Positions 26,330-38,598 of a DNA stretch of 64,000 nt are shown piece after piece. Both the position numbers and the translations under genes were made by a program. The stretch spans positions 26,949,631 to 27,013,630 of the forward strand of contig NC_057718.1 of assembly GCF_004010195.1 (NCBI RefSeq). Direction: 5' to 3'. The DNA comes from Chiloscyllium plagiosum (taxonomy: Eukaryota). Each line of letters begins with the position of its first letter. Position 1 is the stretch's first letter. Under the pieces are notes generated by a model. That model was not told where the DNA came from and ran no database searches. It was given only the letters and a program-made list of their open reading frames with translations.

Positions 26330-29020
26330 GGCTGCACAAGAACTTATATTAGGACAGTGGGAAAAGAAGCGCAAGATGGAATACGATGTGGGAAAGTGTG
26401 AGGTTATGCACTTTGCTGGGAAGAATAGATTCTATTCTCTTTTCTAATCAGGGAAAGGCTTTGGAAATATAAGTACAAAGGGACCTGGGAGTCCTACCTC
26501 AGGATTGCCTTAAGGTTAACTTGTAGGTAGAGCTGAAGGTAAAGGAAAATGCAACATTCACATTTATTTCAAAAGGGCTCGAATACAGAAGAGGTGTACT
26601 GCTGAGGCTATGGTCAGACTGTATTTAGAAAATAGTGTACGGTTTTCAAGGACCTATCCAAGGACAGACATGCTGGCCTATGGGAGGGTCCAGAAGAGAT
26701 TTACAAGAATAATCCTGATAATGAAAAGCTTGTCATTTGAGGAACGGGTGAAAACTCGATCTGTACTCAATGGATAGAATGGACTTGGAGAAAATACTTC
26801 CACTTGGAGGAGAGACTGGGACCCGAGGGCATAGCCTTAAGAGTGAAGGGACTGACATGAGGAGGAATTTATTCTGTCAGAAGGTGGTAAATCTGTGGAA
26901 CTCATTGCCACAAAAGACAGAGGAGGCCAAATCATTGCGCATATTAAGTGGAACAAAACGTTATAGGGAGAAGACAGGAGAATAGGGTTGAGGAGCATAT
27001 CAGCCATGCTCAAATAGCGGGGCAAACTCAATGTAGCTAATGACCTAATTGTGCTCACCTAAGTTGTGGCCCAGTGAAGCTAACAATCAACATATGCACA
27101 AATGCAATCAGAGGACAGAAAAGCTCACTGAAAACAAATGCAGACCAAAATATAAAATTCAGAGCCACACTACTAAAGCCAGGTGACAGAGCATTTGTGA
27201 AACTTGATGCTCATCTTCAGAAGTAAACAAGGACGCATGGCATCCAATTATTCCTGTGAACAATATGAAAAGGATCATTATTGAATGTAGTTTGAAAAGA
27301 AAAAAAATCACACAACTTGCCACTATTTTAAAGCATTTAAACAAAATATGTGCTGAATTTGATCCAGATATTTGTTTTTCATATGCAGAGCATATTAAGT
27401 GAAACATTGTTTTCAGTGCATACCAGTACCAACTGAACAGTAGCAGGTAATGCAAACATTATAGAAAGGGAGAAAATTATAATCATCAATAGGGATAAAG
27501 TATGGAACAAACCATTGGAATTTAAGACAGGAAATTCCGTAGGGCCCAAATGACTATAAGATCTTAAAAGGAAGTGGCAGCAGATATAATGGATTCATTG
27601 ATTATAATATTCCAAAATTTAAGTTGCAGGAAAGGTTCCAGTGGATTAGAAAAGTGCTTTATCAGATCCTTATTCAAAAGCAGAATAACAAAGTTGGAAA
27701 CTGTAGGGCAGTTTGTTTAACATACGTCATTAGGAAATTGTTAGAATCCATCACAAAGTAATAACAGAATATTTGCAAAGTCAAAATACAATCCAGAGGT
27801 AGCATGGTTTTATGAAGGGTAAATCATACTTGTTAGATATTTTTAGATATGTAACAAGCAATGTGGATAGTGGGGATCCTGTAGATGTCATACATCTGAA
27901 CTTTCAGAGGCATTTGATTAGGTGTCACACAAAGTGAACACAGAAGATAAGATCACATTAAGTTAGGGGTAATGTATTAGCATGGATTGAAGATTAGCAA
28001 ACAAATAGAAGGGAGTGAGTCAGGTTAAATGGGTCTTTCACGGATTGACAACAACAGTTAAGTGCCACACGCCTCAACTCTTCACAATCTACATTAATGA
28101 TTTGAATGGAGAGATACAAAGTACTACTGACAAATTTGTAGGCAACACTGAAACAGATGGAAAAGTAAGCTGCAAGAATAATTAAGAAATTCACCAAGGA
28201 CACATAGGTTATACGCACAGATCGAAATTGGCAGATGCAGATTAACATGAATAAGTCAGAGGGTGTCCATTTTGATCAGAGGAATAGAAAGGCAACTTAC
28301 TATTAAATTAAGGGCAACTTCAGAATGCTTCAGTGCAGAGGGATTTTGGTGTCCTCCTGCATGAATTGCAGGAAACTTGAATGCGGGTACAACTGGTAAT
28401 AAGAAAAGCAAAAGGAAATTTGGCATTTATTGCAAAAGAAATAAAGTATAAAGGAGGGAGTTACGCTGCACCTGCACAAGCCATTACTGAGAACAGATCT
28501 GGAGCACTGCATGCAAATTTGGTCCCCTTGAGATAGGATGTAGTTGTATCGGAAGCAGTTTTAGTGAAGGTTGATTCAAGAGATAAGCGATTTTTCTTTT
28601 CAAGAAAGATTGAACAGTTCAGGTCTATATTCACTGGAGTTTAGAAGAATGAGATCTGGTTGAGGTATACAAGATGCTAAAAGAGACCGACAAAGTAGAC
28701 AGGGAGACAATGTTTTCTCACGTTTTCTCTAGTTGCAAACTTGAACAATAAGTTTAGTTTGAGGATAAAGGGGAACAGATTTAAAACAAATGAGGAGAAA
28801 TTACTTCTCTGAAAAAGGTTGGAACCAAAGTGAGATGGATGTCGTGGCATTCAGAAAATTTGGGAAGATGGACAGATTTTTAATTAGTAATGGATTTAAA
28901 TGTTATAAAGACTGGCAGGAAAATGGAGTCAAGGCTAAAATGAGATTAGCAAGGATCGCAATTGCAGAACAGGCTTGAAGGGTTGAATTGCCTACTCCTG
29001 TTACTGCATACGTTCTTAAG
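26330..29020 (+). mobile_element. Two old CR1 fragments (26330-27060 and 27470-29020)
   Basis: MEYDVGKCEVMHF, RRNLFCQKVVNLWNSLP, and degenerate VDVI.L.F..AFD.V.H motifs. Confidence 0.75.
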
Positions 29021-31559
29021 ATCATATTGTTATTCTACTTGAGAAAAATGTGCACACACCATGAAGTCACAAAACTACTTTCAGTTGGTGAGAAAATAGT
29101 GTTTCATTGTGCATGATCAAGCGAAAAGTCCACACCACTTTTGTTCTTTATCAAAAAAGCTGTTTCTATGCAAGTGGAAGTGAACTCTTGCTGAAAGAAA
29201 AGGTGAAAAATATTCATTAAATTCAAGAGTCAATTTAATTACAATTTATTGTCAGTACAGAAATTCATTCAGGTACATTACTTGTTCATTAAAAATTACA
29301 AGCAAATGAATCATAAAGTAAAAATTATCCCATCACAGAACTATTTTGGAGCACTTAACTAGTTGACAGTTTAAAATCAACAAGTCTTATCAGGCATCAG
29401 AGCTTCATACATTCAAACCCTTAATAAAAGCGGTTAAAATGGAGGCCATGAAGCAGTGCAAGAACACACATTTTCTGCTTTTAAGAACTGTACCCTTTTC
29501 CCCGAATGAATCCAACAGTAGCACTTTGACAGTAGGTAATTCTCATGGTCATAACATATTTTACTTTCACTAAAGTTCTTCAAATACAGATCAAAATAGA
29601 TCTGCTCAAATACCTTTCCAAACTGTTTCAATCATGCTTGTAACCTTGAAGAGTATACTTTTCAGACATCATCAGGATGGATATCCAAAAAGAAGAGCAT
29701 TCCTCAACTATAGCCAAGTAGGACTCACAATCAGGAATCCTTACCTGATTGTGGTTTCGACTTGAAAAGATTTTAACTTTCTGAAGTTGGACCAAATATA
29801 TTTCTTGGCCACCAAATCTTTACACTGCTCCCTCAAATTCAACTTATCTAGTTTGATACAAAGATACATATAGATTAACATTTCAATGTTTATGTCATGA
29901 AACTTGATGGAACATCATGAATGGACTTTTTCCTCAAGTCTATTATTCCTTGATATTCTAGAAGTCTGTAGTTTTTTGAATTTTATTTTGTTAAACAACA
30001 AAAAAAAATGTCTGCACCATTTTACAAACTAAGTGCTTATGATCATCTTGTTTATTCCTGATGAGGTACAGATGCATTATATTGTCCGCAAACATCTCAG
30101 ATCGACAATTAACCATTCATATTGAGAATGAAAAGCAAACTAAGAAGTACACAATTGCTGATGAGATGCAGTATTCTTAATGTGGGCTAAATGCTCAATA
30201 CAGTAATTGTTGGGTCTTCTTGTGAAAGAAATCATTGATGTAGAGTTGGATTGTCAAAGTTTCTCGTTTAAATACTTCAACAAATTTGATTGGTTGCATG
30301 CTATCAAAAGCTGAAAAGAAATCCAAGAGGTGACACAAGAATGTTTGCCTCATCTATCCAAATACTGTTGGCTCAAACCAATCAAGCAGATTAAGTTGAA
30401 TATTCAAAGTTATTTTTCATTTTATTGGTTGCATTGTTTATACTTTTGAAAACAAACCACTGAAACAAATCCACAACATAAATAGTTTGTTCTGGAAATT
30501 TGAATATTCTATTGACTCAAGGGAAATATGATCAGCCTCATTTACCAAGAGGGCATTGCCCTTAACAAATGAATAATACCAAAGTTCAGCCATGACAACA
30601 TCTAATAGGTTATTTCCTTAAGTTGTTTTATGATCACCTCAGACCAACTTAAGCAGCTGTGTCCTTCAGGCTTGGATACCACAACATCAAGGTCCTCTGT
30701 CCTGGGCACATTTTGCACCTGCCAACTCGTTGTTAAGTTTACTACTAAAACTCAATATGGAGATATATCTTCCCCCACTCAACACAAAATCTGGATTTCT
30801 TGGTTTTACCTTCAGCCGAGCTGAACTATTATCTGCTAACACCTGGTCTGGACCTACCTCCTATTTTTTTTTTAAAAAGGATCATTACCTTTCTCTGGAC
30901 CTTTTGTTCAGTGATAACTACGATCTCTAATCTCTCGTCTCAGCCTTTCACTGACCTTGCTCATTATATTCCACCCATCACATTTCTACATCTCTTCAGA
31001 TGAAAACAAAGTCATACTGAACTCAAGACATTCCCTGCTTCTCTCTCTCTCTACATATAAATGCTTTCAGACCTGGTAATATGTTCCGTATGTTTTACTT
31101 CAGATTTTAAGTTTGCACAGTATTTTGTTTTTGATTTGATATTTAATCCACTGTCATTGCTCTTCCAGAATCATTACCATGAAATCCTGCTCTTGTCAAG
31201 ATTTCCACCTTTGTTCCATATTTCAGCTTGCTCAGCTTCACTGCTTTCCAATTCCTTTCCAGTGTTTACCAAAATTCACTTTAACAGCCACATCTCCTTC
31301 CTGAAATGATTTCATCCAGCTCCAAACATCCATACAGATTCCAACTGAAGTTCCAGCCTTCATATACCAAATCTAGCCACAATTGCAGGTATCTCCAAGA
31401 CATTGGACTTCATTCCTGATGAAGGACTTTTGCCCAAAACAGATATTTTCCTGCTCCTCGGATGCTGCCTGACCTGCTGTGCTTTTCCAGCACCACTCTA
31501 ATCTAGACTCTGATCTCCAGCATCTGCAGTCCTCAGTTTCGCTTGCAGTTTGCACCACA

Positions 31560-32200
31560 ATCCAAGAGTCAGACAGTACCATGTGATGCCACATTCATAC
31601 ACTTGACTTCTCTCCATTAGAATAATTCACCCTAAGTGCATGCTTCCTACACACTTCCTCTGGTATACTGATTACTTTATCGGTGTACTTTCCTTCTTTC
31701 TTTAGGAGCTGAAAAACAATTCATTAATTTTGCTTCCAATTTCCATCTTTCTCTCACCACACAGTTCATCTCTGATTCTTAAGTTTGACTTCACTACTCC
31801 CATTTCTGGAGACAGACTGTATTTAACCAACCTACCAATTCCCACAGCTACCTGGATGACACTTACCTATGCCCCACTTTCTGCATTTTCCAGTTTCTCA
31901 TTCTCCACTGCTTCTGTTTGATGACTCTACTTCCATATTAATGCTTGACACACTTTCCTTATTCCTCAACCAAGGATCTCCCCACAACAGCATGGATGAT
32001 AATCCCGACACATCTTCATCACTTCTCTTTCATCCCTTACCCTCACCTTCCACCCCATTAGCCACCGTAACAAGCATTGCATTTCCAAAGATGTCTTTTC
32101 CCCCTCCTCTACTGTCAGCATTCCAAACTGACCACTCCCTTCATGATTCCCTGGGTTACTTATCACTCCCAACTCTTTGCCCTTCACTGACCCAACCCCC
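31560..32200 (+). mobile_element. Decayed Penelope-like RT fragment
   Basis: FINFASNFH, ISGDRL, PTNSHSYLD and QFL.L motifs, with frameshifts. Confidence 0.6.
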
Positions 32201-32229
32201 ACCCATGGAATCGCGAGAGGTTTAACATG

Positions 32230-35140
32230 CTTTTTTTTAAACTTACATGTCCATTCAACTGTAAAAGGGTGGGGGAAGGAGGAGGGGGAGGAAGAAAAAT
32301 AATTATAGGCTTACTCACTAGTTGGAAACAGACACGAATTTCTGTGGCAATAAATGGGATTCCAGGATGGTATGTTGCCTCGCTGGTGCCAAGGACAAGT
32401 TTGTAACGGAGGAAATGCAGGATTCCAGTCTTGGGAGGGGAATAGGTTTGAGGCCCTGAAGCCAGATTTGAGAGAGTTAGGAAGGAAATTAAAAAGGAGG
32501 ACCTCAAGAAGACCTCCTCTCAAAATTACTCCAGTGCCACATGCTACAGATCACAAAGACAGGAGCATTCACCAACTGAATGAATGGTTAGAGAACTGGT
32601 GTCAAAAGGAATGACATCTGATTTGAGGAACAAAGACCAGTTTTCAGGCAGGTGGGACTTGTACAAGCTGGAGAAGTTACACCTTAATGAGATTGGGACA
32701 GGGACTTCGAGCCTCACAGGCAAATTTGCTTATGTTGTTCGTCTGAATTTAAATTAGCTTGTCATATGGATAGGACTTGAGGAATAACCCAAATGAGGAA
32801 CATTTGTAACATATGAGGAACGTTTGGGATCTCTGAAGTTTAGATGGATAGGGGGTATCTAATTCAAACATACAGAATACTGAATGGCCTGGACAGAGTG
32901 GCTGTTGGGAAGAGGTTTCCATTGATAGGAGAGATTAGGACCAGAGGGCACAGCCTCACAGTAAAGGGAAGACATTTTAGAATGGAGATAAGGAGAAACT
33001 ACTTCAGCCGGAGAGCTGTGAATCTTTGGAATTCATTAACACTGAAGGCAGTGGAGGCCTGGTCATTAAGAATATTTAAGACTGAGATAGATAGGTTCTT
33101 GAATATCAAGGATTATGGAAGAAAGTGGGAGAATGGGGTTGAGAAACATATCAACTATGACTGAATGGCACAAGCAGACTCGATGGGCTGAACGGCTCCT
33201 ATTTCTGCTATCTCTTATGGTCTTACAGAAGTAAGTAACATTCTTAACAGGAACTCTAAAATATACTGGGGAGACTAAAGCACAGGAAAAACAAAGCTGA
33301 GAATCAAGTCTGCTTCAAAAATGGAATGGCATCAAAAGGGCAAAGTTCATAGCACTTGACCAGAATGCATGCAACTTCTGCAACAAGGCAGACCATCTAA
33401 AGTCACGAGTCATACATGGTACAATCTAAAAGCCATTGAAGAACAAGGCTACATCATGACCAGAACAGGGAACGGAATATTTAAGGATAAACAACACTGA
33501 GAAGGAAAAGGAGGTGGAATTGTGCTGTTTTAGTAAAAGATGAGATCAGTATGTTAAGAAGATTGGATCTCGCATCAGGAAAACAAGTGTGCGGAACCTG
33601 TTTGGGTAGAAATAAGAAACAGTAAGGTGAATAGATATGGGTTAGAGTTCATTTATGGTTCACTAAACAGTAATGGCAATGAAGGGCACGGTACGAGTCA
33701 GGAGATGAAATGAGCATGGAGCGTGGGCAACAGTTATTGTAGTTGAGTTGAACCTGTATATAAACTGGACTGATGAAGGGCTTATGCCCAAAACATGGTT
33801 TCGCCTGCTCCGCTGTGCTGGTCAAGCACCATGCTTTTCGACTCTGATCTCCAGCATCCACAGTCCTCACTTTCACCTATAGACTGGGCAAACCAACCAA
33901 GCAGAAAACTGTGGAGTCAAGCTTTCTAAAGCAAAATGAAGATAATTCAACTTGGATACAAATTTAAATCAAATTTTAAGTCAAATTCACAATCTTCTTG
34001 TTAAAGAACCATTAAGAAATGAGTGGCCACAAATGATTGAAACATAATATTAAGATCTAAGTGAATTGGCTCATTTTGAAGCAAAGTTATTAAATTTGAA
34101 TCCGGGAAATAATGATGGCATGAGGCACAAATTTGCTGAGGTGAAATGGGAAATGCATCAAAAGTCAAGACTGTGTATAAGAAACGGATAATTATGGACA
34201 ACTAGTAGTTGAAGGAAGTTAGCATTCATAACAAAACTGCACTGGACAAATTCATGAGGCTGAAAATTGTTGATTTCCAGCATCCACTCATCTACATTCT
34301 GGAGTTTTGAAGGAGGTGGACTATAGAGATAGCCTATGCATTTATAATTTGTCAAAACTCTACAGATTCTGGAATGAATCCTATGGTAGCAAATGTCAAC
34401 ACACTATACAAGGGTGTGAGAGAGAAAAATGGTTACAGACCCATTAGCCTTGCATCAATCATAGGACATTGCTCGCATCAATTATAAAAGATAGAATACA
34501 TAGAAACCTGAAAGATGATACAAATTTGGGCTTGGTCAACATGGATTTGCACTTGGAAAACAGTGTTTGATGAACGTGGGCTTGGAGCATTTTTTTGATG
34601 GTATTAACAAAATTAATATCATAGAATCCCAACAGTGTGAAAGCAGGCTATTCAGTCCATCGAGTCCACAGTGACACTGTGAAGAACATACTACCCCAGA
34701 CCCACCCTGTAACCACGCGATCCCTGTAACCTCACATTTCCCATGGCTAATTCAACTAGACCTGCACAATCCTGGACAGTATGGGCAATTTAGCACAGCC
34801 TATCCACCTAATCTGCACAACTTTGGACTGTGGGTGAAAACCCACAGAGGCACAGGGAAATATGCAAACTCCACACATCGTCACTCAAGGCTGGAATCAA
34901 ACGCATCCATGGCACAGTGAGGCAGCAGTGCTAACCACTGAGTCACCAATATTGGAGATCCAACGGATATAGTACACTTGGAATTTTCAAATACTTTTGA
35001 TAAAGCCACCACAGGAGGCTGATTAGACAAATTAAAGCACGTAGGATAGGAGATAATATACTGTCATGGATTAATAATTGGTTAATAGATAGAAAAAGAA
35101 GAGAAATATATGGATTTCTCTCATATTGGCAGGCGGTGAT
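32230..35140 (+). mobile_element. Heavily decayed long CR1 (esterase, APE and RT remnants) with nested CR1, SINE and Penelope insertions
   Basis: LRELGRKLKRRTS..., QLNEWLENWCQKE, YRPISLAS and QHGF motifs; younger CR1 3' piece at 32800-33225. Confidence 0.7.
34620..34946 (-). mobile_element. HE1-like SINE
   Basis: GCAGCAGTGCTAACCACTGAG head (reverse orientation) and conserved core. Confidence 0.82.
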
Positions 35141-35483
35141 CATTATTTAGACCCAAAAAATGCTGACCAGATATGTCCTGGGATAATGAGACAGTCTTTG
35201 AAAAGTGATCAAGCAAACGGAGAACGCATTCTCTTCAAAAAGGTGATCTTATTGAAAATGTAAAGACCGTGTGTTTTAATTTTTACATATTTTTGACTGT
35301 GAACTGAAATGAAAAATAACTTTTTAAAACCAAGGATTGTTGACAGATTGCTGCACTTCTGAAATCAAGCAACTTGACATGAGATCAAAGTGTTGTTCAC
35401 ACAGCTGCCAGTTCAACAGGCATGGCAAGTTTGCAGAGGAGCTGGAGCCCAGGAGGGTGCACAAATTGAGATTAAGGCAGCAA

Positions 35484-35900
35484 CATTCACAGGATGAGGC
35501 CATGGCTAGCTAGGCCTGCATTAACTGCCATGCCTTAAGAACCGACTACTTTGCAGTATGTCTGGAGTCACACGCAGGCCAGACAAGGTAAGGACAGCAG
35601 CTTTCCTTCCCTCGAGGATGTCAGTGAACCAGGTGAGTCTTTTCTAACAATCAACAAAGAATTCATACTCATCATTAGGCTCTGAATTCCACCACTGAAC
35701 TTGTATTGGATTAAATTCTACCACCTATTGTGGCAGGCTTTCGGCCCAGGTCCCTCAAATATTACCTGACTCTCTGGATTAACCTGAAGAAGGGCTTATG
35801 CCCGAAACGTCGATTCTCCTGTTCTTTGGATGCTGCCTGACCTGCTGCGCTTTTCCAGCAACACAGCTGGATTAACAGTCCAGCAATAATACCACAATTG
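35484..35900 (-). mobile_element. Short non-autonomous (SINE-like) relative of the tRNA-headed LINE
   Basis: Shares the head and the CTGGCCT.C.TGTGACTCCAGA middle domain with 16430-16690 and 60280-60420, then ends without coding sequence. Confidence 0.65.
35784..35866 (+). mobile_element. Short Penelope-tail insertion with an intact minimal hammerhead ribozyme core
   Basis: CTGAAGA-A-GGGC-TTAT-GCCC-GAAAC-GTC at 35784-35811; 10-bp TSD CTGGATTAAC. Confidence 0.75.
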
Positions 35901-36839
35901 ATAGCAAAGGTCTTCTGCCTGCCAATCAGAGATTGGCTCTCAAGCAGCTGAACAGTTCTGGGCTGTGAACAAGATAGCTTCTCCCTATCAGGTCATTATC
36001 TGCAGCAACAAAACAAATTAAGCCTAAGAAAACCAGTTTGTTTTTTCCTTCAGCAGTATCTGTGATTTTTAATTGTTCAGTCAGAGGCCTTTCTAAGTGC
36101 GAACTAGTCACCCTGTATCTCTGCAAGCAAGGGAAAGGACAGAGGGAATGAAGATCAAGAAGTATTCTGATTAGCACAAGAATCATCTCTGCAAATCTTT
36201 CGAACATGGACCCGTGAACTGTCTTCCCATTCTTTCCTTTCATTTATAAAATGCAGCTAGAATTTATTTATAATAAGTTCAGAAATCTGGTCCACGGTTT
36301 CTGTTAACCTGGGTCGGAAAGTCAGGTAAGGGGGGGGAATTTTGCATGCTTTTTGAAATCTTTCACTTTTGTGATTTTGACTTTTGTGCTTTATTTCTAG
36401 CACACGAGCCTAGTGAGGCATAACAAACAGACAAAGTAGACAGTCTAGATGCAGCTAAGATGTTTCTCCTGTTTGCGAACCAAGGAGCGCAAGTTAAGAA
36501 TAAGATGACACTTAGGTCCGACAGAAGAGATTTTTTTTTCCTGAAATCTGAAGGTTGTGAATTTGTGGAACTCTCTACTGCGGAAGGTTATGGACATCGG
36601 TGTGAACATATTCAAGGCACAGATTGATCGGATTTCAGATTACGAATGGCATACAGGGTTAAGGATAGGATGGGTAAAAGTCATTGACGTGTTCAATTAC
36701 CCGTCAACCTGAGTGACAAATCTTTGCAAACATCGCTGTCCATAATTACATTGACTGGTGGAGTACAGACTGTTTGACAGACTGTACTATGTTGCTATGT
36801 TCATTCTATATCATTGTCCAAGGCTCCGAACACTCCTTT

Positions 36840-37400
36840 CCACTTGAAACAGCAATCAGGAATACAGTTTCCTCCACATTGGGAAGTCCAAATGCAGACT
36901 GGTTGACTGTTCTGAAGAACACCTTTATTCAGTCTCCAAGCATATCCTGCCTCTTCTTATGTTCAAATTTGTGTCCTCGGTCTGGTGCAACATTCCACAA
37001 ATCAGAGAAACAGGTCATTTTCCATTTTGCTACTTAACAGCTCTATGAGCTCAACATGAAATTCAAAAACCTCAGACCATGAATTCATGTTCTCTATTTT
37101 ATTTTCTTGGTTTTGCTTTCAGCAGAACTGGCCTATATTCTGCAATTAAATAGCTATTCTGAACCTATTTATTTTATCTAAAAACATGATTTCTCTCGGT
37201 CTTTTGCAATATTATTTATGACCTCAAATCTTTCTCATCCTGTACACTTCTCCTGATCATCTCTTCTGCTCCGAATGCTCCTCCACACCTTTTCTCCAAT
37301 GTAAAACCCGCTTTTCTGGCTCTCTTCAGTTTCAAAATCCACATTTCAAAAGGCACAGCAGAAAGGATGACCGACTCTTTTCTCCAAAGGACATGGCACA
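36840..37400 (+). mobile_element. Decayed Penelope-like GIY-YIG fragment and tail
   Basis: HIGKSKCRLVDCSEEHL and EKQVIFHFAT.QLYELNMKFKNLR resemble the Penelope endonuclease C-terminus. Confidence 0.55.
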
Positions 37401-37429
37401 TGCTTCCAGGTTGAGCAAACCAAAGAAGA

Positions 37430-37725
37430 TTAAGTGTTTATATTGAACTGTTCACAAAAAGTACATCTCAAAGTGTTTCACAACCAATGGAGCACGTAGA
37501 AACACAAAATAGTAGTGTAGGCCATTCTAATGTCAGAAATGTGGTAGCCAATGTGCATACAAGCTCCAGCATACAATATGATAATAAGCTGTTGTTGAGA
37601 TGTTAATTAAAGGATAAATGTTAGAGGAACACAAGGGATAACCCTCCTGATCATCTGCAGATGAGTGTCTTGGGATCTTATATTTTCATTCAAGCAGGCA
37701 GATGGGCCTCAGTTTAGCATCTTAA
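37430..37725 (-). mobile_element. Degenerate Deu-domain/L2-tailed SINE (SacSINE1-like)
   Basis: Minus strand GATGCTAAACTGAGGCCCATCTGCC...AAGATCCCAAGACACT resembles the recalled Deu core, followed by an L2-like tail. Confidence 0.55.
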
Positions 37726-38598
37726 GAAAAATATACCAACATACAAATTAGAAATAGGCCATTTATCCCTCAAGCCTTGTCTGCCATCCAAACATCATGA
37801 CAGATCCGGTTGTAACCTCAATTCAATACACCGTTTTGTTGTGCAGAAGTAGTGTCCTTTACCTTTGACCCAGAAGCCTGGCTCTCACCCACTTCAGAGG
37901 TGTGTAATAACATCTTTCTGAACATGTTGATTAGGAAACAAAAGGTCCAAATGCCAACCACATCTAGCTCATCAATCCTTCGATGGATGACCTCAAGTTT
38001 ATCAAATGGAAGTTTATGAACAAAGTGACATGCCTGAAGTAGACAGCTGTGGTTATGTGTAATATGCAATTGGGGAGTTTCAAACAGCACAAGGATGTTA
38101 AAGATAATTTAAGTCAATGCTATAGCCTGGAATATACACAAACGTCCATCATACAACCAATATGAAGGGACTTTTCATTTTTATCAGTTAATACCCAAGC
38201 CACCCCAGATCAGGCAGTAGCAAGCCCAGACAAATGTAAACACTCTACCACAGAAAATAACTCAAAGAAAATCTACATTGTTTCAATTTTTCTCACCAGC
38301 CACCAGTTTGGTTCAAATGTGTGGAATTGTGAATTGTATCATGCTGTCGTTCATGAAATCAGAAATTGGTGCAGATATTTAATTACTGAGGCTAGTCAAT
38401 TCCATCAGGAACAAATTCAGATCTCAACTGTCTCAACGTTGATCAATTCCAAAATTGAAAGCAGTTTCCCTTTCACATCCCAAAATAACTGGAATCTTGC
38501 AATGGTCACAGAAGCAGCTACAAGCCTTCTGAAGGAATAATTCTACTGGTGCAACTCACCTGTCTTTTCCAACAACAGTATTTTTCTATGAGCTAATC

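Noticed and set aside
29700..30600. Possible DNA-transposon remnant
   Set aside because: No terminal inverted repeats or convincing transposase motifs could be read.
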